Below are positions 51,965 through 64,000 of a DNA stretch of 64,000 nt, piece by piece (within the stretch, counting starts at the first letter, position 1; every line of letters begins with the position of its first letter). A program made the translations under genes and the position numbers. This DNA comes from Octopus sinensis (Eukaryota). The notes beneath the pieces are model-generated. The model was not told where the DNA came from. It made no database searches and was given only the letters and a program-made list of their open reading frames with translations. Where the stretch lies: the NCBI RefSeq assembly GCF_006345805.1, contig NC_043001.1:114886001-114950000 (forward strand). The letters are read 5' to 3'.

Positions 51965-52493
51965 AATTTGTGAGCAACCCATTCATCCAATTTGTTAACT
52001 TTTCCGATGGCACGCATGTATCGATATATGGTTGAATGACCAAATCCAAGCATCTCTGCTAGTTCCTCAACAGTTACGATGGGTTTTCTGGACGTCCTCA
52101 TGGAACTCTACAGATCTTCCAGAACGAGGTTCGTCTTCTAGGCTGTAGTTTCTGGTACGGAATTACTGTAACAATCGTTGACACTGTCTTACGCTTATTG
52201 TCCGATTCCCCTTCATTACATTAATATTCCAGGCACTTTCTGTCGCGTTGTTGCCTTTAATGAACTCAGAAAGCAAAATATGCCGAATGTGCTCCTTTGT
52301 AACTTCCATTATAACTTTGAAAAAATAACTGCTAAAATCGAATCGCACTCTTCAAAACTTGCACTAAGAATAAGGACAAGGTAAAATTACTATCTGCTTT
52401 TGTAGCAAATTGATGCAGGTAGTTTATCCCGTTCCCCTCCGACTTTTACTTCATGCAATCGAAAAAGACAGCATTATTTATGGGATGACCCAA
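51965..52493 (-). mobile_element. mariner 5' half (TIR, HTH domains, WVPH-like motif)
   Basis: TA-TTGGGTCATCCCATAAATAATGC TIR; MEVTKEHIRHILLSEFIKGNNATESA..SLEDEPRSGR, TVEELAEMLG, KLDEWVAH. Confidence 0.9.
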
Positions 52494-53720
52494 TATATTG
52501 ACGGCGCCAAAACTGCAATACCAAAACATCTCATAGCCACCAGAGATAGTGCACAATATAATAAAAGCTGAAACCATGTAGAACGATATGAAACCAGGTT
52601 CCAACACACACCTTTGTTCATGTAAACTTTACCTGTTACCTGTGATATTATTAATAAAGAATTGTTGTCAGCGGGAAAAGATTTATATTTCGTGACCGAA
52701 CGATGTAAGAATAAATCATTACTTGTTTCACAGTTGCGCTTACTTTTAGTAGGTTAACTGAAATCATGCAGTTCTCTTTAGCAGGAAATACTGGAAACAT
52801 TAGATTCCTCTTACTGCACGCATAAACACACACATACACACATACGCACAAACACACACGCACAAACACACACACAAGCACGCACTCAAACACAAAAACA
52901 CGTACACAAATGGGCGCGTGCACATATGCGTATATGCATGTCACTGCGTAGTATTGTCTAGTTCACTCTCTAGCTGTATCTGAATGTCTGTTTGAATCGT
53001 TGTGTGTATGTGTGTGTATGCATATATATATGATTCATAAACATATATGTATAAATAATCTATATACATATGCGTATATATACACACACACATGTATATA
53101 CATATGTGTGTGTCTATACACTTATTTTCGTATAGCGTCACGTTAAATACGTTCGAATGCACTTGGATATGAGAAGCCCAACCGCTGCGGCTCTAATCTC
53201 GGTCAGAGAGTTTAGAGCCAAAGGGACACTCTTTACTTGTTATTGAGATGTTCCAAATAGTTAATTCTTACAGGTATTCAGCTGATGAAAACGTCTCTCT
53301 TTTTCTTTCTTGTATAGTGTAACATTTCTATTCCTCAATATAAACACTTCTGGGGCAGTTATAGTCAAGCGCAATCCATCTGTTGTTGTTTATTTACCAT
53401 TCAGAAAATTCGGAACACCAACAATTCGCTTGGATTTGGAGTCTATTAAATGAAGTACAATAATGGGTGCAGTGCTCGTACCAATATGCAACATTGAGTA
53501 GTTGTACATGCAGTCGGCCGTTTTTGATTGTACGCACAACGGGATTATAAATCTGTGTTTAGTAAGTACGTATATATATATATATATATATAACACTGAC
53601 ATCTCAATTTAACAGATATATTTACCAAATTACATTAATAAATAAATATATATATATTTATGGTGCTCCAGTATGGCCGCAGCCTTCGGGCTAAAACATT
53701 TTAAAGGATTTTAAGGATAT

Positions 53721-53792
<72 letters not shown>

Positions 53793-53839
53793 GGACATAC
53801 GTACATTCAAACATACATATATTGGTCATACGTACATTT

Positions 53840-54590
53840 AAACATAATTTATTCAATAAAGTCGCCATTGGCCCCCGGATTGCTTCGGACTCTCCTGCAA
53901 CTCTTCTGGACAGTTTCCTTGTTTAAGTTGTTGAATGCTGCCATAACCTTTGCCTTCAGTTCGTCTTTGCTATTACAAGGAACTCTCCTGGTCTCTCGCT
54001 CAACTGCGCCTCATATATAATAATAATCAAGGCAGTTGCAGTCTGAGGAGTTAGATTGCCAGATGTTAGGAGTGATGTGGTGGCAGAAATTGTCTGACAG
54101 CCATCACTGTGTTCTCCTGTCTGTATGGCATGGTGCAGAGTCCTGTTGAGGGTCTTCCAGCAGCCGCATTCTTGACCCAGGGCAGCACAACCTCCTCCGG
54201 GCACTTGATGTAGGCCTCCGTGTTGAGCGTGTAGGAAGATAAATGGAGGCATTACTTCGCCATCACTAGAGATCACTCCCAACACCGTGTTGTTGACTCG
54301 ATCTTTGGTTTTTGTCACTCTCGGTACATGTTTGGGGGACACGGCATGCCAAAGGTTGTTTTGTGTGTTCACTATCTGTTCGTATTGGAGATTCAGGCGC
54401 AAACAGCAAGCAGTACAGAATGTTGTTTCCAAAGTTTTGGAGGAGTGAATTGTGTGATGGTGCTGTTTTTCGTCACAAACAGTACCCATCTAACTCTACT
54501 ATACTGTATTGTCGACAAAATCATATACAAGTAATGTACATGTGCGAAATTGAAAATATAAAATTGGGGCAATTTACCAATCGCACCCTG
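53840..54590 (-). mobile_element. maT/DD37D-like Tc1-mariner element, internally deleted
   Basis: TA-CAGGGTGCGATTGGTAAATTGCCCC TIR; QNN.W....VPRV.KTK, VLGVISSDGEVMPPFIF, VVLPWVK, QDSAPCHT, IWQSNSSDCNCLDY, GDFIE*. Confidence 0.88.
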
Positions 54591-54621
54591 TATATATATA
54601 TATGTTTGTATTTACGTATGT

Positions 54622-54666
<45 letters not shown>

Positions 54667-54707
54667 CATGTATGTATATATACGTGTGTGTATATGTCTT
54701 CATATAC

Positions 54708-55071
54708 TTTGCCTCCCAACCACATGGTTCCGGGTTCAGTCCCACTGCACGTTATCTCGAGCCGGCCAAATCCTTGTGAGTGGATTTGGTAAAGAGAAAC
54801 TGAAAGAAGCCCGTCGTCGAATATGTATATATTTATGTTTATATGTCTTACTGTCTTTGTTTGTTCCTCACCATCAGCACTTGACAACCGGTGGCAGTGT
54901 GTTTACGTCCCCGTAACTTAGTGGTCCAGCAAATATGTCCAATAGAATATGTACTAATCGTAGAAAAAATAAATCCTGGGGACGATTTGTTCGACTATGA
55001 AAACCCTTTAAGGTGGTGATCCAGCATACCCGGAGTGAAATTACTGAAACAAATAAAAGAATACAAGAATA
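54708..55071 (+). mobile_element. SINE family C, diverged
   Basis: CAACCACATGGTTCCGGGTTCAGTCCCACTGC..GTTTACGTCCCCGTAACTTAG..CTGAAACAAATAAAAGAATA. Confidence 0.88.
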
Positions 55072-55221
55072 CATTTATCATAATGGTGCGAAATTGAGTA
55101 TTACCAATTAGTTGATAACTGGTGAAGAATTAGGGACCTTTTATGTTTCTCTCCCGTCCGATTGTACACTCAGTATACGTTATGTTGTTTGTTTACTTAC
55201 CATATAATTTTTCATATACAT

Positions 55222-55315
55222 ACATTTCTTTCCTGAGCGTCCAATAATACTATATTTGTTCCACGTCCTCGCGTTGTGGTGTTTTTTTTTTGTGCTTTCT
55301 TGTTTGGATTAACTA
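55222..55315 (+). mobile_element. truncated inverted copy of the 58082-58296 repeat
   Basis: TTTCTTTCCTGAGCGTCCAATAATACTATATTTGTTCCACGTCCTCGCGTTGT is the near reverse complement of about 58121-58173. Confidence 0.8.
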
Positions 55316-55352
55316 TATATATATGTATATATTTATATATATATATATATAT

Positions 55353-55414
<62 letters not shown>

Positions 55415-56632
55415 GTGTGGTGTGTGTGTGTGTGTGTTTATATTTATATTTATATAGATATATGAGTAATCTTAAAGTAGTATTGATACCTGTTGTCTTT
55501 CGTAACATACTCATAAACAACCATACAAACCGCACGTATATATCAGGACGTTCACATGTTATATATATATATATCTATTTTCTCATATATGTATATTGAT
55601 AGATAGAGAGGGACAGACAGAGACATAGAAAGATAGAATTAGAGTGTGGGAGAGAAAGGAAAACAGAGGGAAAGGGAAAGGCAGAGAGATAAAAGAAAGT
55701 ATTGTTCTATTGATTCTTTACTTCAGTTAGTATAGCCTGAATAAGGAGTTATGATACACATTATTTTACCAAACATTCCACCATCAAAGAAGAGGAATAC
55801 GATGCTTGTATGTACTGATATGTAATGTAATTGCGTTCATGAGCGCATGTGTGCGTATTTGTGTATAGTATGTGTGTATGGGGTTATGTGTGTGTGAGCA
55901 TGTTTCATACTGGGTTCAGACACATGTGTGTATATTAGAAGCATATTCAAACCTGCGAACAGATAGCTACATTCAATCCTTGACAGGTAAATAGAAGCAG
56001 ACAGAGAAAACTAAAGCCAGCCAGATAAAGGGGGAAATAAAAAGGGAAAGACGGACTAAAATAGGATTGAAACGCTTATAAAAAAGAAAGGAAGAAAGAA
56101 AGAGGGGATAATATAAACATAGAAATATAGAAGTGAAATAAAAGAAAATGGAAGAACCGAAACTAAAAACCGTGCAAATAGATATATATGTGTTGCACTT
56201 GGTTTACACTGAAACCAGAATGTTCTGTTATAAAGAACGAGAAAATATTAACACCTTCCTGTTGTTTGGTTCGTGAAAGAAAGTTACTCACGTTTAAACT
56301 CTTCTTACCAGTCTTGGAAGTCATTCTTTGATAAACAGCTGGCGGTGCGTATCACACCATCCGATATTATTTATTCAGCATGAGGTAATATTATTAGTAA
56401 ACGTCTTGATTTCCTCTCTTCTTATTTATGTGTTTTTTTTTTTGTATTTATAGTTATTTCATTTTGCGTTCTACCCTTGAATGTTGTCTCATGCACCGAT
56501 TGTAAAGTAACGCAAGACTTACACGTGATTCAATCCAGAAATACACGAATTCACACAGAATTAACGTCATATAAACACATACTGATATACATATATATGC
56601 ATATACATATATGCACAAATACGCATAATAAT

Positions 56633-56663
<31 letters not shown>

Positions 56664-56693
56664 GAGAGAGAGACATAATAGACACTCATACAC

Positions 56694-56736
<43 letters not shown>

Positions 56737-56766
56737 GACAGACAGAAATACAACTAACGAGCTAAC

Positions 56767-56851
<85 letters not shown>

Positions 56852-57682
56852 GCATATATAGACAGGAGAGAGTGGGAGACACACTTAGTAGCATACACGT
56901 ACATCTAATAATATGTGGATTACTTTTTAATTCACGGCAAAATGTAAGCCATCACAGTCGTGGTGATAATTGTGTTCTTAGATAGGTACTAATCTAAGAG
57001 CTCTAAAGGTTTGTGGTTAGTATTATTGAACTTAGCACTTAGTAAAACCATTATTGGTGTAGTTTGTTGAATCTAATTTGTTACAACTTGTATCGAATAA
57101 TTAAAGCTTGAAATCCGAAAAATATTTTGAATCCAGCTATTACCTACTTGTGGTACGACGAATGTCGCAGGATAGGGGATATAGAGGTGGTGTTTATTCC
57201 ATTAGTTTGTAATATGTATATACATATATATATATACACACACACACACCACCACACACGCATATATATATATATCAAATATCAAAAGCTCTCACACACA
57301 CTAGAAAAAGAGGTGCTTCCAAAAATGTTAGTAACGTCCTGATAAAATATTTCATATCAATTTTAAAAAGATCCCATATTAATTTTCACAAACACTTATA
57401 TATATATATATATATACATGCATTCATATTCTTTTTAGGGTGAGGCGTCTCGAAGCAGATAAAGTTATAGGTAATATCTTGTAGACATTGGCTTAAAAAG
57501 CCTTTTGTATATCAAAAGTTGTTAGATGGCCGTGAAACTTGAACCCACATCTGGTATAAACATGGCAGTCATTCTACCTTGGAGCCAAAGCACTACTTTT
57601 CATCTTTTTATAGCGGGAATATGAATTCATGAATATGAATTCATGAATTTCTAGGTGATGTTTCTAAATTCTTATATAAAAA

Positions 57683-57721
<39 letters not shown>

Positions 57722-57825
57722 GTGTGTGTGTGTGGTGTGTGTGTGTGTGTGTTGTGTGGTGTGTGTGTGTGTGTGTACATGTGTGTGAATGTGTGTGAAT
57801 GTACATACATATACACATACATACA

Positions 57826-57955
57826 TGTAGAAGAGACTAGTCTCGAAACATCAAGCTACAATTTCCCTTGAGCTTCAATCTAATACTTCCATTTTGTGTC
57901 TCTTTCACCTGTCACTGTTTTTTGATACTGTATATGCTTTGCCCGCGCCCCCGAT
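57826..57955 (+). mobile_element. short repeat beginning with a 5'-clipped hammerhead-like motif (57826-57852)
   Basis: UGUAGA-A-GAGAC(ua)GUCUC-GAA-ACAU-C. Bounded by microsatellites. Confidence 0.5.
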
Positions 57956-58018
57956 ATATGTATGTATGTATATATATATATATATATATATAGATATAAT
58001 ATCTATATCTATATATAA

Positions 58019-58063
<45 letters not shown>

Positions 58064-58081
58064 TATATATATAATATATAT

Positions 58082-58296
58082 AGTTTCCAACCATGAACAT
58101 GAAAACACAAAGAGAAAACACAACAACGCGAGGACGCGGAACAAGTATAGTATTGTTGGACGCCCAGGAAAGAAGGAAAGAAGGGTTTAACGCTTCGAGC
58201 GGAGCTCTTCGTCAGAAACATAGAAAAAGCAAAGATCGAAAGAAGGGAAGACGGAGGGGAAAAATCGCCAACTGTACACACGCGGTCACATTTTGA
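58082..58296 (-). mobile_element. PLE-type terminal repeat with hammerhead-like motif at 58185-58219
   Basis: Minus strand: GUUU-CUGACGA-A-GAGC(ucc)GCUC-GAAGCGU-U-AAAC. (TA)n on both sides. Confidence 0.75.
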
Positions 58297-58313
58297 ATAT
58301 ATATATATATATA

Positions 58314-58890
58314 CTAGCAGCTAAGCCCGGTTTCACCCGGTCGGTTTGGATGATGTGGCTGTAAAACATGCTCTGTGTAAGCATTCGACATGTTTGGGAA
58401 CGCTTACGTTAAAAAACAAATTTAGAATGACTTCTTTTTTCTCTCAAAACGCTAAAAATAACTGAGCAACAAAAATTAAACCAACCAATATTCAACCAAA
58501 TCACAAAATAAACCCAAATACGGAGCGAACAAAAATGAACCATCCCACTTCCATTTTGCGCACACGCGCACACACACATTCACATACCATCACACTTTTA
58601 CATTTATACACATATATTCCCACGGAGTTTAAATGCTGTTTGATTTATTTTTCAGCGTACATTTTTCATCATCCCACTACCAAGTATGGCATCACCCCCT
58701 TCCTTTTTCATTCATAATCACAAGAGTATTATTATAGTAGATTATCGCGGTAACCATGGACTCAATGAAAACGTAAAAAGTTCAGCATCACCACCGGATC
58801 CTTCTACACATCTATGTAATTTTTCATACAATTCCACACAGCCGTTTGACCGTGAACCCCAAGACAAGTATCGCCCATGTCGAATTTATA

Positions 58891-58895
<5 letters not shown>
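58314..58895 (-). mobile_element. Helitron-like non-autonomous element
   Basis: Minus-strand 3' end hairpin CCGGGTGAAACCGGG followed by CTAG|T. Body is shared with 44002-44530. Confidence 0.78.
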
Positions 58896-58933
<38 letters not shown>

Positions 58934-61514
58934 ATGTTTATAATTACATATATATATATACATATACATAAAGATATATATATATGTATATATATGTATG
59001 TATATATATATATTATATATATATATATATATAGATATATATATATATATATTCTAAACAATCATTTCAGCTAATATATAGTATATATTTTACACTTTTA
59101 CATCAACATTTCGTTATTGGTTTTTCTTTGTCTTTTTTCTTTTAATTTTGTTTATCTTTACCTTGCGTATAGTTAATTTTCAGGTTTCTACTTCGTTTCC
59201 TAATAGATAGTGTTATGTTTTCTTTTGTTATTTTATTAATATCCCCGAACCAGACTCCGCGTGATCTCGAAGTAATTTGAAAATTTCTAGTCACACAAAT
59301 AATTGACGCAATTCGGCAACAGACTGATGTTTATAAGGAATGGAATTTGTATTGCCTAAAAGAATCACAATATTTTTGGAAGCTTTGAGTAAATAAGTAA
59401 GACTATGAACCTAGAAAATGAAGGTTATCAGAAAAGAACTTGAATAAAAATGTGCTGTGCGAATGTTACAGGTGCTAGCAGTTTGAAAAATCAAACACCG
59501 AACTTTTAGATAATTCTTCCATAACGTAACCACTATGGAATCTCTATGAACGTTTGTTAACAACGCTCACACATCTGTCATGATGTAAATGGTTTCACAA
59601 TCAGTAGACCCATAAACGAAAGTAACATCCCGTTATTCCCAATCAACGTGAGTTCGGTACAAAACTAATAAACCCAGGAACATTCATGTTACTGTATTAG
59701 CTAAGTAACGCGAAACAGCTCGACACACATTGATGGTTTGTACTAAATAAATGTAACAGTTCAGCGTAGAGCCTTCAGTAATGTAGATGAATCAGGCTTT
59801 CGAGAGGATTTATGACATACAACTTCGGGTTTGCTTAGACGAAATCTTTCCTGTGAGAATATCATTACTGAATATGAAGAAATACCAGTCTCCTTGGAGT
59901 CATGTGTTTACATATGACATAAACATGATTTAATTCATTTTAGTTATTATCTATGCCACGTATGGATTTTCTTATATCTTCTGCAAAAATATCTGCCCGA
60001 CCGTACGGGAGCACAGACTTCAATGACTTTTATTCCATGGATTAATTATTTTCATTTTATTCTGTATTTCGACTTTCTATATTTCTTATCAAATATTTGT
60101 ATTAATTGTATGTCTTGTAGATACTCCATCACTATCGTTCTGTTTTTGAATTTTATATAACCGTTTCTGTTTATTTTAAAGCATGTTTTTATTGGAAATG
60201 TTTCATTCGAGTTTATTTATTTTTTCCTTTTTTCCGATCATTTCTTTTCTTCAAGACTGGAGATTCACCTTTTGAACTCATAATTTTTCATTATTTGCGT
60301 TTCTTTTTCCTTAATTTTCAATCTTTTATATAGCATTGAGACTGTTTATATTCTATATCACTTTGTTGTTACTTCGGATTTAGTTTATCCTTGTATCTGT
60401 TCTTTTATGCTACACCGATTTTGAACGTTTCTAAGCTGCTTGTATTATACGATTTGTTTATTTTATTCTGCGATATCATGACACAACAGCAATTACTATC
60501 CACAATGGAATTTAATCATTTAATCATTTCACACCCATTATAATTTTATCCGTTATTTGCTGTATAATTATTTCTTATGAGCCATTAGCTCCCCTAACCA
60601 GAGCTAATATATTGTATCATAACTTACCGATAGGCCATACGCAATTACAATATATGAATTATATATCTACAAATTTACACGTGTTATATTTCCATTATCG
60701 CACTTTCTAGATGACTGCATTCAAGCGTTTTACGTTTGCACTCATTAATACTTGGCAGTGCTAGGTTTGATATTACGTGTCTCATTGTTTCTGTTGCAAA
60801 ACTTATGTTAATTCTTTTTCGCATGGAATTTATTGCTGTAATCTTCTATTATAATATGGTCAACGCTTTTGTTGTTCTCTTGCAACGTGGATTATATTAT
60901 ATCTTCATTTTCTTTGAGTATTTTTCTCACATATTTCACTATGTTGTTAACGTTACTAGTTCGTTATTTAAAATAACCTGCTTTACTTACCATCATTTTT
61001 ATACTAAACATTTGTAAACCAATACTTGAATTGTCTTTCTGCCTCATTTAGCAAAATATTTAGCCTTGTCTTCCGAAGCGTTTAAACTTCTGATAAAGGA
61101 GTTGTTCACACGAAATCACTAAATACAGTTCTCTGACTCTTAGCCGTGTAAGAAGTTTGGTCATATTAAGTTTTAAATTTTATCGTTTTCGTATCAAAGT
61201 CGAGAGCTCGAGTTGGTTCTCCATACGCAAAAATGGCTGTGGGATTCCCCTCAAATTACACACTACCGACGAAAGAAAGGAAGAGTCAACGAACACATTG
61301 GATGACGTAGTCCTAGATACACAGTGTGATAAAAAGACAGGTTAGACACAACCGAAATGATGTTAATTTTGGTTATGCTTGATCACGAGTGTGAAGGTGA
61401 CAGAAGTACAATCTCGAAGTTGAGGTACATTCATACGTATTTCCCACCAAAAGATTACCTAAAATTGGAGTCGCTCCCACGATTTATTGTCTTTATCGGT
61501 ATTCTTCTTGTTTC

Positions 61515-61735
61515 TACTATTGCTGTTGTTGTTGCTATTGTTGTTGCTGGTGGTAATGTCATTGTTGCTTATGTTGCTGTTGTTGTTTGCTACAGTTTTT
61601 GATGATGATGTGATTGTTGGATGTGATTGTTGCTGTCACTTTTGTTGTTGTTGCTACTACTACAGCTACTACTAGTGTCGTTGGTGCTTGTGCTGTTTAA
61701 AACGTTGTTGTTACCATTGCTGCTATTGTTTTCTT
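61515..61735. repeat. degenerate (GTT/GCT/GAT/ACT)n trinucleotide tract
   Basis: Seen directly. Similar GGT/GAC/GAT low complexity at 62480-62790. Confidence 0.85.
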
Positions 61736-61875
61736 CTCGTGCAAGTTTGTACCCTCACCTTCTCACACTCTATTTTGACTTTCGTCTTGACTCTAAAATA
61801 TCTTGAGGTCGAGGTTCCTCGTTTTTCAGCCCTATGTTTTAATTTCATAGCTAACATCTGACGCTAATAACTATA

Positions 61876-62270
61876 TCTTTATATATAAAAGAGAGGTTGT
61901 GTGTCTGTCTCCTACGATTTAGATTCCTAACTACTCCCACATTTTGCGGTGCAGTTTAACCAAAGCCGGGTATCTTATAGTCGTGATTCATATCGAGCCC
62001 TTCTGGGTATTAGCGCGAGTCTACGATGAGTCAACGATTAAAAAAAAAATTACCATAATTTTTTCCCATTTTAATGCATTTTTTCGCTATTATATAAGGG
62101 AAGTAACTCTCTAAAAATGTCTACGACGAGTCAACGATTTCAAAAAAAAATTACCATCATTTTTTTTCATTTTTAATGCATTTTTTGCTATTTTTTGGCT
62201 ATAACTCTCTAAAAATGCTAATATAATTATTTCCCTTCCAAACCCGAGCAACGCCGGGCGATACTGCTAG
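61876..62270 (+). mobile_element. Helitron-like non-autonomous element, both ends present
   Basis: 5' A|TCTTTATATATAAAA; 3' hairpin CCCGAGCAACGCCGGG then CTAG|T; internal about 100-bp tandem duplication (62020-62119 / 62120-62218). Confidence 0.88.
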
Positions 62271-63605
62271 TCTTTTATATTTAACTTTTTTAGTTTTCCT
62301 ATCAGTATATAGTGACAATGTACAATTAAAAAAGAGCTTCTACCAATGCTTTTAGCCAAGATAATAGGTGCAATTGTTCATTATCACGCTGATTCACATC
62401 CACCCAGCCGAGACTCAAACGTCATTGTGCATGAGTGACAAAACATTAGATAGGATAAGCAATTTAAACAATTGAGAGTGTTAGCGGTGTTGGGGATGCT
62501 GGTGCTGTTTGTGATGGTCTTGTACGTGTGGGTTGTTAGTGGTGGTAGTGGTGGTGGTGATGGGTTTCCTGATGGAGGCGGCGGTGGTTGTGGCGACGAC
62601 GACAATAATAAGAATGAAGAGGAGTATGACGTTGATAATTGGAGTGCGGTGATTACATTCACAGCGACGATTGATGATGGTCCATCAGAGAAAAGAGAAT
62701 TATGAAGGCGTTGTTTACAGTGGAAGCAGATGTTCATGACGATGATGCTCATGAACTGTAGGAGGATGAGGGAGCTAAATGTGGAGATGATGTATGTGTA
62801 GATAGGATTCTATAGCAATCTACATCTCATTATATTTCATACATTAAACAGAACAATGACAGGAATTGTCTTTACACACCTGCGCCTCAAACGGGGTTTA
62901 ATCCCTAAAGAGATGCTATAATCATTTTGTTTGCGTTTTAACCCTCTCATATTATTCTTCAAGTTTATACCATTATAATCAGTTGGTGATCAACTACGAC
63001 TTAGTGGAGATAATCTTTTAGAAATCCGATGCAGCGATGAGATTTCGATTGCCAGTGTTAGAGATTGACTTTCAAGGATGCACCAAGCATCTGTAAATGT
63101 CATCAATATTGCAAAAATCTTATTCATATTACCCTACATATTTGAAATCAGAATAAAAGACGAATTCAATTAATATTCGTTAACTGTAAACATGTTCAAG
63201 TGTGCATATAAGATTCGGAAGAGTATAATTTGAGATGATCGTGCAGTTATGTCATTGAAAGCTACCAGTTCGATATTCTTGTGTCCAAATAGAGTACAAG
63301 AATTTCATTGAACAATTAGATGGTGTGATTGTTTCCCAATCCTTCAAACTTTACGTCTACTGAAATTCAATTTAACCAGGTTCAGGCTGTTATCTGAAAT
63401 ATGTTATGTAATGGTTTGTTCCAAGTATATAGCCAATAACAATGAGAAAACAGAACAGGCCCATATTGGTGGATGACTTTTCATAATGTAAAACAAAATT
63501 GGTAATAATTAACTTTTATGATATATTTTATAATATTTTGTTAATGATACACACAGACATACACACACATACACTAATATATATATATATATATATTCAT
63601 ATTTA

Positions 63606-63839
63606 CAGGGATGGCCAAAAGTCACCTGACAGTAAATCAAAACCATTCAATTCCAAGATTAAAACAAAAAATATTTTTATATGAGATTTATCTAATAAAT
63701 AGACAAATGTTAAAAAAAGGTGATTTTGATTCACATCATTCAATTATTCAACATTCATGATTGAAATTAATAAATAAAATTGAATGTTAAGTATTTATAG
63801 AGTTTTGATTTATTGTCGAGTGATTTTTGGCCAACACTG
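63606..63839. mobile_element. Tc1/mariner-type MITE
   Basis: About 38-bp imperfect TIR CAGGGATGGCCAAAAGTCACCTGACAGTAAATCAAAAC, TA on both flanks. Confidence 0.85.
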
Positions 63840-63851
63840 TATATGTCTATG

Positions 63852-63915
<64 letters not shown>

Positions 63916-64000
63916 CATGCTTTATACACATAAGCATAGATACATATGCTTGTGTGTGTGTGTGTGTGTGTGTACGAAGCGTGGGGATAGACATCACAAA

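Noticed and set aside
59260-61100. Long microsatellite-free, strand-asymmetric stretch suggesting an ancient minus-strand retroelement
   Set aside because: No diagnostic motif could be read; needs a translated search.

Overview
AT-rich, microsatellite-saturated eukaryotic DNA with one 100-N gap (35419-35518). The SINE families and repeat load resemble an octopus (coleoid cephalopod) genome; this is an inference. I find no supportable host protein-coding exon, and nearly all ORFs in the track are microsatellite read-throughs. The window is mostly decayed transposons: a CR1-type LINE RT, two R4/Dong LINE pieces, three tRNA-derived SINE families, mariner, maT, Tigger and Tc2 elements and MITEs, Helitron-like elements, and several Penelope-like element (PLE) fragments (two GIY-YIG, one Naiad-type RT). 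The main unexplained signal is about 18 minimal type-I hammerhead-ribozyme-like motifs from several unrelated short repeat families. Most have an extra nucleotide before stem II and a palindromic stem III. Their cores carry family-specific non-canonical changes (U3/A8, A6U, A9C, U4C). They mostly sit in (TA)n tracts and are often arranged as long inverted repeats. All structures were read by eye; no folding or database search was run.
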